From Fluviicoccus sp. (GTDB taxonomy: Bacteria > Pseudomonadota > Gammaproteobacteria > Pseudomonadales > Moraxellaceae), in contig DASUIM010000508.1 in NCBI GenBank assembly GCA_036279775.1, forward strand, positions 1 through 60,327: DNA of 60,327 nt, in the 5' to 3' direction. Below the pieces are notes generated by a model. That model did no database searches. It had not been told where the DNA came from and saw only the letters and a program-made list of their open reading frames with translations. The position numbers and the translations under genes were made by a program. This document shows positions 44,049 through 52,811 of the stretch, one piece after another (the first letter of the stretch is position 1; the number at the start of each line of letters is the position of its first letter).

Positions 44049-45291
44049 GCGCACAACCAAGCAGGCAGACGCTGCCGCAGAAGCCACTGCAACTGAAACC
44101 ACCGCGACCGAGGCAACCACCACCGGCACCGAGATCGCCACTCTGCCGCCGGCCGAGCGCGCGGCCATCGTGCTGGACGCGACCAAGGCGGAAGAACAGC
44201 TACGCGCCATGGTGACCGAAACCGCCGACATCACGGAGGTGAAGGACAAGGACAGCCGCACCCTGGTGCACAACGCTGCCATGAAGCTGAAGAACGCCCG
44301 TGTCGCCATCGAGAAGACCGGCAAGGCCGCCCGCGATGATGCGAACGCCTTCAGCAAGGCAGTGATTGCCGAGGAGAACCGCCTCAAGGCCATCATCACC
44401 ACCGAGGAAGACCGCCTCTTCAAGCTGCGCGACGACTACGACCAGCAGATCGAGGCCGAGAAGCAGGAGCGCGAGAACCGTGAAAAGGCGCGTGTAGCTG
44501 CCATCACGTCCCGTATCACCGCGATCAAGGCCCTGCCGCTGGATTCCGCCAATGACACCGCCGAGCAGCTGCAGCAGACCCTGCAGGAGCTGACCGGCTT
44601 CGAGATCGGCGACGACTTCGCCGAGTTCAAGGCCGAAGCAGAAGCGGCCAAAGCCGGCGCCGTCACTGCCCTGCAGGTCCTGCACCAGGCTGCAGCCAAC
44701 CGCGAAGCCGAAACCGCCCGCCTGAAGGCAGAAGCCGACCGCCTGGCCGCCGAGCGCGCCGAGCTGGAGCAGATGCGCGCACAGCTGCAGGCCCAGCTGG
44801 CCGCCCAGCAGCCGGCGCCGACCGCCGAGCCGGAGGCAGTAGAACAGGCCCAGCAGGCCGAAGAGCCTGCAGGCGAGGATAACGCTCAGGAAGAAACCCA
44901 GCCGGAACCGTTCGAGACGCAGCACGACATGTTCGCGCAGGCCAGCGACGAGCCCGCCGAAGCCGAACAGATGGACGCCAACGCCTTTGTGATGGAGCTG
45001 GCGAAGCACACCGCCATGCAGTTCGAAGCCATGGCCGAGAAGGTGGGCATTGTCGCCGCTGCCGTGCGCGTAGACGAGCTGCGCAAGGGCTTCAACGACT
45101 TCGCCCTGCAGCTGCGCAATGTTGCGACCAACCTCGATGCAGGCCACTTCGACGACGCCCTGCTGAATGCCGACTGGTCCGCCATGGGAAATGCCGACAA
45201 GGCAATCGCCCTGGCCTCGCACGCTGGCGTGGCGCTGATCTTTGGCAACGAGGCAATGGGTGCTTCCGTCCTGCGCGAAGCCGCCGAGTAA
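44041..45291 (+). CDS. Long coiled-coil early protein
   Basis: ARVAIEKTGKAAR..A motif; Ala/Glu-rich. Confidence 0.75.
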   Translation: MTKRTTKQADAAAEATATETTATEATTTGTEIATLPPAERAAIVLDATKAEEQLRAMVTETADITEVKDKDSRTLVHNAAMKLKNARVAIEKTGKAARDDANAFSKAVIAEENRLKAIITTEEDRLFKLRDDYDQQIEAEKQERENREKARVAAITSRITAIKALPLDSANDTAEQLQQTLQELTGFEIGDDFAEFKAEAEAAKAGAVTALQVLHQAAANREAETARLKAEADRLAAERAELEQMRAQLQAQLAAQQPAPTAEPEAVEQAQQAEEPAGEDNAQEETQPEPFETQHDMFAQASDEPAEAEQMDANAFVMELAKHTAMQFEAMAEKVGIVAAAVRVDELRKGFNDFALQLRNVATNLDAGHFDDALLNADWSAMGNADKAIALASHAGVALIFGNEAMGASVLREAAE

Positions 45292-45416
45292 CTACGACAC
45301 CCGCGCCCGGCGGGCAAACCGGGCCGTTATTTTGAAGAAAGCAATTCCAGGACTACGCCGCCGTTTGTGGATATGGCAGGCGATTTTCAGACCAAAGCAT
45401 TTGAAGGAGAAGCAGT

Positions 45417-46328
45417 ATGGACGCAAGCAGCAAGCAAGCAACAGGTAGCCATACGCCTGGGCCGTGGCGCTGGGAGTTCAATGAGAAGCACAAGACAGTA
45501 AGCATCGTAGGCGGCGTGCCGAAGTTTGATCTTACCGTAATGGATTTTGAACGCTGGGGGATGGGTGGTGCTGTTCCGCGCTTTCGAGACACTGCTCACG
45601 ATGGCATGAATGTCATGCACCGCCTGTGCGACAGGCCAGACTGGATTGCGCCAGTAAAAGGCCGAGAGCATCACGCATCGTGGTTCGCAAATGTGATTCA
45701 TCCCGACGCCCGCCGCATCGTTGCATGCGTGAATGCGTGCGAGGGGATCAGCACTGAATACCTGGAAACCACAGGACTGCCAGAGTTCGCCGGAAAGACA
45801 TTGTGCGCAGACATGGTTCAAGCAGAACTTGATGCCATGACAAAGCAGCGCGACCAGCTGCAGCAGCTCGTTGACGCCCAGGTGCAGGACATCGGGAATG
45901 GCATGGCGCTGCTACATCGAATGAAGGTAGAGCGCGACAACCTGCTATATGCGCTGCAGATGATGCTGGAGCGCATCCCAGAGCCACCGGAAGCCAACTG
46001 CAGCTGCCACCTGTCGCCGCCGTGCAATGACTGCATCGAATACGGCGGTGAGCGCGAGGCTTTCGAGTCGGCCAAAGAGGCCATCGCAGCAGTGAAAGGC
46101 GGCCAGTGCCAGACCTGCAACGGAAACGGCATGATTGGTGGGCCGAGCTTCCGCGAGCCGGATGAGGGTGGCGTGCCTTGCCATGATTGCCAGCCGCCGG
46201 CCGTGGCCGTGCCAGTGGGCTGCATCCCGGTTCCGGCTGAGTGGATCAATGGCCTGCTGCTGGGCGACCGCCAGCACCACAACGAGCTGCGCGCTATGCT
46301 GGCTGCAGCACAGGAAGGCGGCGCATGA
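45417..46328 (+). CDS. Mosaic hypothetical protein
   Basis: HTPGPW, ARRIVACVNAC, CSCHLSPPC..C modules. Confidence 0.75.
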   Translation: MDASSKQATGSHTPGPWRWEFNEKHKTVSIVGGVPKFDLTVMDFERWGMGGAVPRFRDTAHDGMNVMHRLCDRPDWIAPVKGREHHASWFANVIHPDARRIVACVNACEGISTEYLETTGLPEFAGKTLCADMVQAELDAMTKQRDQLQQLVDAQVQDIGNGMALLHRMKVERDNLLYALQMMLERIPEPPEANCSCHLSPPCNDCIEYGGEREAFESAKEAIAAVKGGQCQTCNGNGMIGGPSFREPDEGGVPCHDCQPPAVAVPVGCIPVPAEWINGLLLGDRQHHNELRAMLAAAQEGGA

Positions 46329-46603
46329 TGCTGAACCGCGACGACATCATCCGCCTGGCGCGGGAGGCTGGCTTCGATAGCAAGCGCGACCTGGTGTTGG
46401 TCGATACCATTGAGATCACGCCGACACTTGAACGCTTCGCCGCAGCTGCCTACGCCGCCGGCCAGGCTGCAGAGCGCGAGGCGTGCGCTAGGATGTGCGA
46501 CGACATGGAAAAAGCAGCCAACGAACCAAAATGGGCAATTTGGACAGCAGAAGGCGAGGTATCTGCCGCCATCCGCGCCCGTGGCGAGAAGGGAGGAGTA
46601 TGA
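46325..46603 (+). CDS. Hypothetical protein
   Basis: RDDIIRLAREAG...EREACA...AAIRARG; coupled. Confidence 0.72.
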   Translation: MMLNRDDIIRLAREAGFDSKRDLVLVDTIEITPTLERFAAAAYAAGQAAEREACARMCDDMEKAANEPKWAIWTAEGEVSAAIRARGEKGGV

Positions 46604-46791
46604 ACCGAGCACACCCTGCAGACCTGCGCAAAGCAGCGGAAGCGGCCACCGCAATGCTGAAGGCCGGCATCCTGTTCGTGCCGATGCCGGTTGCTGACGC
46701 CGAAGAGCACGCGCGCCGAGTGGCCGAGGCAGATGCCAGGCTGGAACAAATGGCACAGGCCGCCGAGGCGGCAGAGAAGGGAGGAGTATGA
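46600..46791 (+). CDS. DUF1382-like protein
   Basis: MNRAHPADLRKA...AGILFVPMPV. Confidence 0.75.
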   Translation: MNRAHPADLRKAAEAATAMLKAGILFVPMPVADAEEHARRVAEADARLEQMAQAAEAAEKGGV

Positions 46792-47771
46792 CAATCGTTG
46801 AGCTGAAGCCGTACATGGCGATTACCTACGGCTTCACCCGCGCCATCGTTGCGCAGGCGCTTGCCAAGCAGGCCGGCACCAAGCAGGCCACGCCGGCCAT
46901 GTATTCGCGCGCCGGCAGACTGATCTTCCAAGGGAAGGCAGAAGGCTTAATCAAGCCGCACCGCCAGCGCGGCCACTACTACCATTTCACGGAGAACGCA
47001 GACACCACCCAAGCAGAAGCCGAGAAGCCGAAAGGCCCGGTGCTCCGAGTGGCGCGCAACACTCGTGGCCGCGATCTCATTGTTGGCGACATCCACGGCT
47101 GTTTCACCAAGCTGGAAGCTCGCCTAAAGGAGGTTGGCTTCGATCCTGAAGCCGGCGACCGCCTATTCTCCGTTGGCGATCTGGTAGACCGTGGCCCGGA
47201 GTGCGACCAGGCACTGATATGGCTGCAGAAGCCATGGTTCTTTGCCGTCGCTGGCAACCATGAGGACATGGCTATCCGGTGGCCGAAGGGAAACATGAAT
47301 TCGGGCAACTATGCTGCCAACGGCGGCGCCTGGAACATCATGAAGTCTATCGACGAGTCGCTCGAGTTCGCTGATGCGTTTGCGGATCTGCCTGTTGCCC
47401 TGGAGCTGGAAACGAAAGCTGGCTTGGTGGGCATCGTGCATGCTCACTGCCCTTTCGAAAGCTGGCAGGAATTCACGGCAGCTCTAGAAGACCCGAACCT
47501 ATCCAACAATCGACGCGACCGCATCATCAGTGCCGCGCAGTGGGATAGATCGCGCATCGCTTACCACCCTGACGGACCGATGCTTAACCCGGTTGAAGGC
47601 GTGCGCGCTGTCGTAGTCGGCCACACGCCACTGACTGAGCCGACATGGTGCGCCAACGTCCTGCACATCGACACCGCCGGATGGCACCCGAGCGGCGCCG
47701 GCTTCACGGTGATAGATGCGGATACCCTGTGCGTGGCCGAAACAAAGGAGGCGCATGAAAGTACCAGCTGA
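46788..47771 (+). CDS. Ser/Thr protein phosphatase (NinI-like metallophosphoesterase) with N-terminal extension
   Basis: GDIHG, GDLVDRG, GNHE, HA, GHTP, IDT. Confidence 0.92.
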   Translation: MTIVELKPYMAITYGFTRAIVAQALAKQAGTKQATPAMYSRAGRLIFQGKAEGLIKPHRQRGHYYHFTENADTTQAEAEKPKGPVLRVARNTRGRDLIVGDIHGCFTKLEARLKEVGFDPEAGDRLFSVGDLVDRGPECDQALIWLQKPWFFAVAGNHEDMAIRWPKGNMNSGNYAANGGAWNIMKSIDESLEFADAFADLPVALELETKAGLVGIVHAHCPFESWQEFTAALEDPNLSNNRRDRIISAAQWDRSRIAYHPDGPMLNPVEGVRAVVVGHTPLTEPTWCANVLHIDTAGWHPSGAGFTVIDADTLCVAETKEAHESTS

Positions 47772-47976
47772 CTACCGCTACCACTGCCACGACCGGAAGC
47801 CGCCAGCTCCCATCCTGATTTTGCAGGATGGCTGGTGGAGCAACGAAACGCGCCGCATGGTTGTCGCCGTTGATCCCATGACCAAGGATTGCCGGTATGC
47901 GGCCAACGGCTACGCGGCCAACGATCCCGGCTGCACGGGCTGCAAGTGGCTGGCCGGCACTGGTTGCCAAATCTAA
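47755..47976 (+). CDS. Small Cys-containing hypothetical protein
   Basis: RBS AAGGAGG; QDGW, DCRY, DPGCTGCKW. Confidence 0.7.
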   Translation: MKVPADYRYHCHDRKPPAPILILQDGWWSNETRRMVVAVDPMTKDCRYAANGYAANDPGCTGCKWLAGTGCQI

Positions 47977-48017
47977 CCACTGGTGCGATACCGGGGCGGT
48001 GATAGGAGCACCGCCCC

Positions 48018-48158
48018 ATGCACGTTTTCCCGTCAATGATCCTCGGTTTCGCTGTTTGGTTCGCCACCCTGGCCGCTGTGCCGTCCATCTGGACCGTGGC
48101 CGCCGGCCCGCTGATTGTCTCGGGCGTGACCCTCATCGCCTGTTTTTCTGACTTCTGA
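48018..48158 (+). CDS. 46-aa two-TM membrane peptide
   Basis: RBS AGGAG; MHVFPSMILGFAVWFATLAAVPSIWTVAAGPLIVSGVTLIACFSDF; preceded by a box at 47961. Confidence 0.6.
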   Translation: MHVFPSMILGFAVWFATLAAVPSIWTVAAGPLIVSGVTLIACFSDF

Positions 48159-48223
48159 ATGGTTGCCTTTTCGAACCACTGGTGCCCATATCGTCCCACT
48201 GAGTTTCTGATTCGGGGAGAGAT

Positions 48224-48400
48224 ATGGAGATCGATCGTTTGCTGAAGTTGCGGGACGTGGTGGAGCTTACCCGCATGGGCAAGTCCACCATCTACCGCAA
48301 GATCGCCGCCGGCCTGTTTCCCAAGCCTGTCGGGCTGGGCGGAAAGTCTGTTCGCTGGCGTGAGTCTGACATCACCCGTTGGATGGCCGCGCTGTCGTGA
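48224..48400 (+). CDS. alpA: AlpA-family excisionase/RDF (58 aa)
   Basis: Manual translation MEIDRLLKLRDVVELTRMGKSTIYRKIAAGLFPKPVGLGGKSVRWRESDI; converges on the integrase. Confidence 0.9.
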   Translation: MEIDRLLKLRDVVELTRMGKSTIYRKIAAGLFPKPVGLGGKSVRWRESDITRWMAALS

Positions 48401-49541
48401 GGTAATCAGACCACCACTTCATCATCTCCCGGCGGCCGGGCAGCCACTCGGCCGCATTGTAGGCGCCGCGCACCTCGTCATCTTCCGCATGGGCGAGCTG
48501 CCGCTCGATCCAGTCCCTGTTGAAGTGAGCCTCGTTCAGGATCGTCGAGGCCATGCTGCGGAAGCCATGCACCGTCAGTTTGGAGTGGTAGCCCATCCGG
48601 TACAGGGCAAAGATCATGGTGTTCTGGCTCATCACGCCACGGCCGCCAGCACCAGGGAACAGGTAGTGACCGCCATTCAGGGCGCGCAGCTCGCGCAGGA
48701 TGTCCACCACTTGCGGCGTGAGCGGTACAAGGTGCTCGCGGCCCATCTTCATCCTGCTGCCGGGGATGCGCCACAGCGGGGCAGGCCCGTCCAGGTCCTC
48801 GAACTCCGGCCATGCCGCGAAGCGTGCCTCGCTGGTCCGCACGAAGGTGTGCAGCGTCAGCAGCAGCGCAAGGCGTGTCTGGGCCTCGCCGTCATAGGCA
48901 TCGATGCGTGCCAGCAGGTCGGGTATCTCGCCGGCCTTCAGGCTGGCGAAGTGCTTCACCTTCGGCTTTGGCTTCAGCGCGTCGCCGACATCCGCCGCCG
49001 GGTTGTGCTTGGCCTTGCCCTCGGCGATAGCGAACCGGAACACCGCGCCGATGGACTGGCGCAGCCGCTTGGAGATGTCGAGCGCGCCCCGGTCCTCCAC
49101 CTTGCGCAGCAGGGCGAGGATGTCCGGCGCCTCGATGGCGGTGATCGCCTTGGCCCCGATCTCCGGGAACACGTCGCGCTCCATCCGGCTCAGGACGCGC
49201 TCGGCATGGGCCTGCACCCATCCGCCTTTCTCGTTGTCGTGCCAGCGGCGCGCGAAGGATTCGAAGGTATCGGACTGGGCCGGCTCGCTCTTGATGTTCG
49301 GGTCTTTGCCGGCGGCCAGCAGCTTCTTGGCCGCTTCGCGCTTCGCCCTGGCCTCGGCCAGTGACACGGCGGGATAAGGTCCCAGTGAGATCGCCTTTTG
49401 CTTGCCATCGAACCTGTAACCCAGGCGCCACGACTTCCCGCCAGTCGGCAGCACAAGCAGGTACATCCCCCCGCCATCACTCAGCTTTTTCTGTTTGCCG
49501 TCCGCCTTCGCATTCCGGCACGCGCTGTCACTCAGGGCCAT
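48372..49541 (-). CDS. int: P4-type tyrosine integrase
   Basis: LSDGGGMYL arm-binding domain; catalytic R (VRTSE), HGFR, LAH, AYN. Confidence 0.96.
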   Translation of the reverse strand: MALSDSACRNAKADGKQKKLSDGGGMYLLVLPTGGKSWRLGYRFDGKQKAISLGPYPAVSLAEARAKREAAKKLLAAGKDPNIKSEPAQSDTFESFARRWHDNEKGGWVQAHAERVLSRMERDVFPEIGAKAITAIEAPDILALLRKVEDRGALDISKRLRQSIGAVFRFAIAEGKAKHNPAADVGDALKPKPKVKHFASLKAGEIPDLLARIDAYDGEAQTRLALLLTLHTFVRTSEARFAAWPEFEDLDGPAPLWRIPGSRMKMGREHLVPLTPQVVDILRELRALNGGHYLFPGAGGRGVMSQNTMIFALYRMGYHSKLTVHGFRSMASTILNEAHFNRDWIERQLAHAEDDEVRGAYNAAEWLPGRREMMKWWSDYLTTARPSNG

Positions 49542-49812
49542 TGCTGGTCAATCTCCATGCTGGTCAATACCAGCGCAGCAATAACCAGCAGCTTGACCAG
49601 CAGCAAGGCGGGATGACTTGGGACGACCTGACACCAGCAGAAACGAAAAAGCCCCGCAGTCGCATGGACTTAGGGGCTTTTTGGGACTGTATGGGTCTGC
49701 TTGATATGACGTTATGGTAGCGGAGGAGGGAGCCAAATTATCCGTCCAACGTACTGTACTTACATCGTTTTTGACGTTGACCATCCACCAATAACCAGCA
49801 AATTGACCAACA
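49542..49812. other. attP region: tRNA 3'-end core (49715-49731) with arm-type repeats
   Basis: The core's reverse complement is TCCCTCCTCCGCTACCA. ATAACCAGCA at 49581 and 49791; TTGACCARCA at 49593 and 49803; inverted TGCTGGTCAA at 49542 and 49558. Confidence 0.82.
49646..49682. terminator. Bidirectional terminator-like hairpin within attP
   Basis: AAAAAGCCCC...GGGGCTTTTT. Confidence 0.7.
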
Positions 49813-49852
49813 GATAAGCGGGACTACATGGCACGAATTGGGAGTGGATAAC

Positions 49853-50329
49853 TCAGACAAGAGGCAGAAAATTTCGCGCGCCATGGCTCCCGTGATGCTG
49901 CAGACTCAGCATGTCATAGTGAAACGCGGCCTCAGCTTCTCGGCTGTACCTTACCGTTATTCGCTTACCATCGATGCGTATCTGCATACGCCACTTACCT
50001 GCTGTGCTATCGAACGATACACCCTTGAAGCGAGATGTCGAAGGCGCTTTATTGATCCTGTTGCGGCAGTTCTCTCGCCGACCAACCAAGCGAAGATTTA
50101 CGCGCCGGCAATCCAGTGTGTCGCCGTTGATGTGATCCACCGTCTGCCCGTTGCCAGCACCGGCAACCAGCCGATGTAGGTAGAACGTTACCTTCTTGCC
50201 ATCGACGGTTTTGTTAAGCTTGGCATACCGGCAGCGAGGTTTATCGACAACCCGCCACGCCCCCATGTCGAGCAGGTGCGCGTCGCAATCATCAATGAGA
50301 ACCTTCAGACCGGAAATAATGGCTTCCAT
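49853..50329 (-). CDS. HNH-AP2 endonuclease
   Basis: YLHRLV...VDHINGDTLDCRRVNLR...SRFKGVS; RBS GGAGG; start ATG 50329. Confidence 0.9.
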   Translation of the reverse strand: MEAIISGLKVLIDDCDAHLLDMGAWRVVDKPRCRYAKLNKTVDGKKVTFYLHRLVAGAGNGQTVDHINGDTLDCRRVNLRLVGRRENCRNRINKAPSTSRFKGVSFDSTAGKWRMQIRIDGKRITVRYSREAEAAFHYDMLSLQHHGSHGARNFLPLV

Positions 50330-50344
50330 ACGCCTCCCTGTCTT

Positions 50345-50780
50345 AGAAAAGACTACGCCCCGGGTTTCCCCAGGGCGGCGGCGCCTCACGGCGTTAGCTT
50401 ATGGACGTTGGCACGCCGGTTAGCATGCGGCAGCTTTTGTCCCTACGACAAACCAAGCAACTGGAGAAAGTGTGCGACGGCGCCCACCCGTCGCCCAGCG
50501 TGCCAACAAGGATGGCGGCTGCCGGATTCCTACCGGGGATGCCCTACTGAAGACCGCTAGAGCCTTTCGGGTCAGGTCTGGCTTTCAGCATCAACCGCCA
50601 TTCGTGTTGGTGCCGGGGTAAGCCGCCCCGGCTCGGTGTTGAGGAAGTGCTGCAAGGCTATCTCTGCCCTCCCGTTAGTACCGCGCACGGGAGCCACGCT
50701 GTGCCAGGCTCTACCCTGGCTTGATGGGGCGAGTCCCCACAGACTAAGCCTGTGAAAGTCCGGCTTACCCGACGACTTGA
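50345..50780 (-). ncRNA. Putative array of three structured small RNAs
   Basis: Extended -10 TGtTATAAT (50787-50795); three consecutive closed multibranch domains; no credible ORF. Confidence 0.6.
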
Positions 50781-50841
50781 GCTGTGATTATAACAACCGC
50801 ACGGTCATGTGTGGTTGATTGTTTCAATCCCTGATTGGCAG

Positions 50842-50868
50842 AAAAAAGCCCCAGTCTATGACCGGGGC
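50842..50868 (-). terminator. Intrinsic terminator after lysis cassette
   Basis: GCCCCGGTC-ATA-GACTGGGGC-TTTTTT. Confidence 0.85.
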
Positions 50869-50897
50869 AAGGGGTGAAACACCCGAGGAGAAACAAC

Positions 50898-51422
50898 CTA
50901 CTTGGTCAGCTGCGAAATGATCTCGTCCTTCTGCCGGCTGGAACGGCTCGAGCCGAACTCGAACGCGAAGTAGTCCTTCAGGCAGGCGCCGAAGATACCG
51001 GCGATGGTGGACAGGATGCCGACCACCTCGCCAGGCATCTGCGACTTGTACTGCATCAGCACCCAGAGGCAGGCGATCAGGCCAACGATCACGGCCAGCA
51101 CGGCCAGATCGGCGCGGATGTTCTGGCCGCCAGTCAGCTTGCGAACCTCGATGTCCCGGTTGCGGGCGTCTGCCACGTCGGCCAGATACGCCTTGGCGAG
51201 ATCGCCCTCTTGGTTCAGCACGGCCATGCGGAACTCGATAACCTTGTTCGGGTCCGCCTGGATCGCATTCAGTGCCTCCTCGCCGGTATCCGTGCCGGTC
51301 ACGGTCTTGGCGATGTCCACCACCTTGTCCGCGACTTCGGCCGCCTTGTCGCTGCCGGTGATGAGCTTGATGATTGACGGGGCGAACTGGCCCAGCGCCA
51401 TGGCGATAGTGATCGGGTCCAC
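50898..51422 (-). CDS. 3TM-holin-like membrane protein
   Basis: Two C-terminal TM helices, FEFGSSRSS; follows the endolysin. Confidence 0.72.
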   Translation of the reverse strand: MDPITIAMALGQFAPSIIKLITGSDKAAEVADKVVDIAKTVTGTDTGEEALNAIQADPNKVIEFRMAVLNQEGDLAKAYLADVADARNRDIEVRKLTGGQNIRADLAVLAVIVGLIACLWVLMQYKSQMPGEVVGILSTIAGIFGACLKDYFAFEFGSSRSSRQKDEIISQLTK

Positions 51423-52022
51423 TTATGCGGCCTCCTGTTTGCTATGGTGCTCGAATGCGGCGGCCATCTTGGTGTCGTACTTGTTCGCCGCGTAGCCGGG
51501 GCCGTTGTAGCCCTTGGCGAATGCTGCCCAGTCCTGCGCCTTGAGCGCCTTCAGCAGGTTCGGATTCGCCTTGATGAAGCGCACGAAGGCATCCAGCTGG
51601 CCGGCCTCGTTGCGATACATGGCGTTGATGAACTCCTGAACGGAGGCATAGCCGAGAGCCTTCCAGTGGAAGCCCATGATCTGAAACAGGCCCCAGCTGC
51701 AGGACTCGAGCGCACACTGCCGGTGGATGGTTGCGGCCAACCCGAGGCGATCATGCTCGGCCTTGCCGCCCTTGTAGCCGCCGGGCTTGGAATTCACGAT
51801 GGAGGGGAACTTGACTTGCAGATCGCCGACATCCTTGCGGCCAACCTGCAGCAGCCGGTGGCGCATGATGTGGCGCTCGAACAGGATCACGGGGCGGCCG
51901 TCTTCCAGGAAGCCGGAACCTTTGCTCTCCACGTCGGTAACGGCGCGGACGGCGGCCACCGGTACGCCAAGGGCGGCGGCAGCGGCTGAGTAGTCCTCGG
52001 CCTTGAGGCGTTTGTCTGTCAT
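51423..52022 (-). CDS. Endolysin, N-acetylmuramidase (DUF3380)
   Basis: VESKGSGF, ILFERH, SWGLFQIMGF, FAKGYNGPGY. Confidence 0.93.
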   Translation of the reverse strand: MTDKRLKAEDYSAAAAALGVPVAAVRAVTDVESKGSGFLEDGRPVILFERHIMRHRLLQVGRKDVGDLQVKFPSIVNSKPGGYKGGKAEHDRLGLAATIHRQCALESCSWGLFQIMGFHWKALGYASVQEFINAMYRNEAGQLDAFVRFIKANPNLLKALKAQDWAAFAKGYNGPGYAANKYDTKMAAAFEHHSKQEAA

Positions 52023-52372
52023 GCTTGGTCATCCTTCCGGCGAAGCTTGCCCTTGTGGATCTCTTCGAGCCAGGACAGCGCCCGGCCACCCATATAACCC
52101 GACATGGCGACCATCACCGCCGAGTACATCGGGTCAATCCCTTGTTTCTGACAAGCAAAGAACGTCACCAGCCCAGTAAAGCCGGAAGTCATCAGCTCCG
52201 CTACGAAGATGAAGACGATCTCTTTTCTTGTCTTACCGCCGAACTTTATTTCGCGCATGATCCTAACGATGCCTCCCCACATGGAAAGAATTATCACCCA
52301 GAGGTAGGTTGCATGTGAGACAGTCAGCGGGTCTTTGGCCAACTCGCTTGCCTGCTTGATCTCTTCGTTCAT
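52019..52372 (-). CDS. Holin (LydA-like)
   Basis: Three hydrophobic segments, WGGIV, ELMTSGFTG, basic C-terminus; coupled to the endolysin. Confidence 0.85.
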   Translation of the reverse strand: MNEEIKQASELAKDPLTVSHATYLWVIILSMWGGIVRIMREIKFGGKTRKEIVFIFVAELMTSGFTGLVTFFACQKQGIDPMYSAVMVAMSGYMGGRALSWLEEIHKGKLRRKDDQA

Positions 52373-52398
52373 GAGTGGCGCCAGCCCTAAGAAAAGTA

Positions 52399-52437
52399 TG
52401 GTCGAAGTTTACCCTCTGTGGTTCGATTTTCAAACCA
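52399..52437 (-). promoter_or_regulatory. Operator-like box over putative lysis promoter
   Basis: TGGTTCGATTTTCAAACCA 52419-52437; minus strand TTGAAA-N16-TAAACT. Confidence 0.6.
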
Positions 52438-52521
52438 CGAATACCAATGTCGTGCCTGTTCGTCATGTCTTTTCCATGCGAGTGTGATTGATCCTATTTG
52501 CTACCGGATGGTGCGATACGA

Positions 52522-52806
52522 ATGGTCAACACAACGCCGCGCCGGACGATGCCGCCCAGGCGCAAACCCACATCAGAAAGGCCATGGGAAAAGGGCGATC
52601 CCACCAGGCGCATCGGGCTGAATACCCCGATCCCCGAGCCGCTGATGCTGCAGCTCGATTGGCTCATCGAAAACAAGATCATCTTCTCCAAAGCCTCCTT
52701 TATCCGGGACGTGGTGGCGAAGGCGGCAGAGGCCGAAATCGAGCGGGCGCATAAGGTGCGGGAGGCTGTCCGTAGGCTAGAATCCGAGGAACGGAAAAAG
52801 AGGTAA
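52522..52806 (+). CDS. Ribbon-helix-helix-like DNA-binding protein
   Basis: PWE motif, then IGLNTPIPEPLMLQLDWL....SKASFIRDVV; start uncertain (52522 or 52549). Confidence 0.68.
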   Translation: MVNTTPRRTMPPRRKPTSERPWEKGDPTRRIGLNTPIPEPLMLQLDWLIENKIIFSKASFIRDVVAKAAEAEIERAHKVREAVRRLESEERKKR

Positions 52807-52811
52807 GCCCC

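Noticed and set aside
41626-45222. Minus-strand ORFs 41626..43674, 43524..44423 and 44200..45222
   Set aside because: Shadows of the recognised plus-strand recombination genes.
50511-50601. Domain B as a canonical tRNA
   Set aside because: It lacks the TTC T-loop, D-arm consensus and a standard anticodon arm; kept only as tRNA-like.
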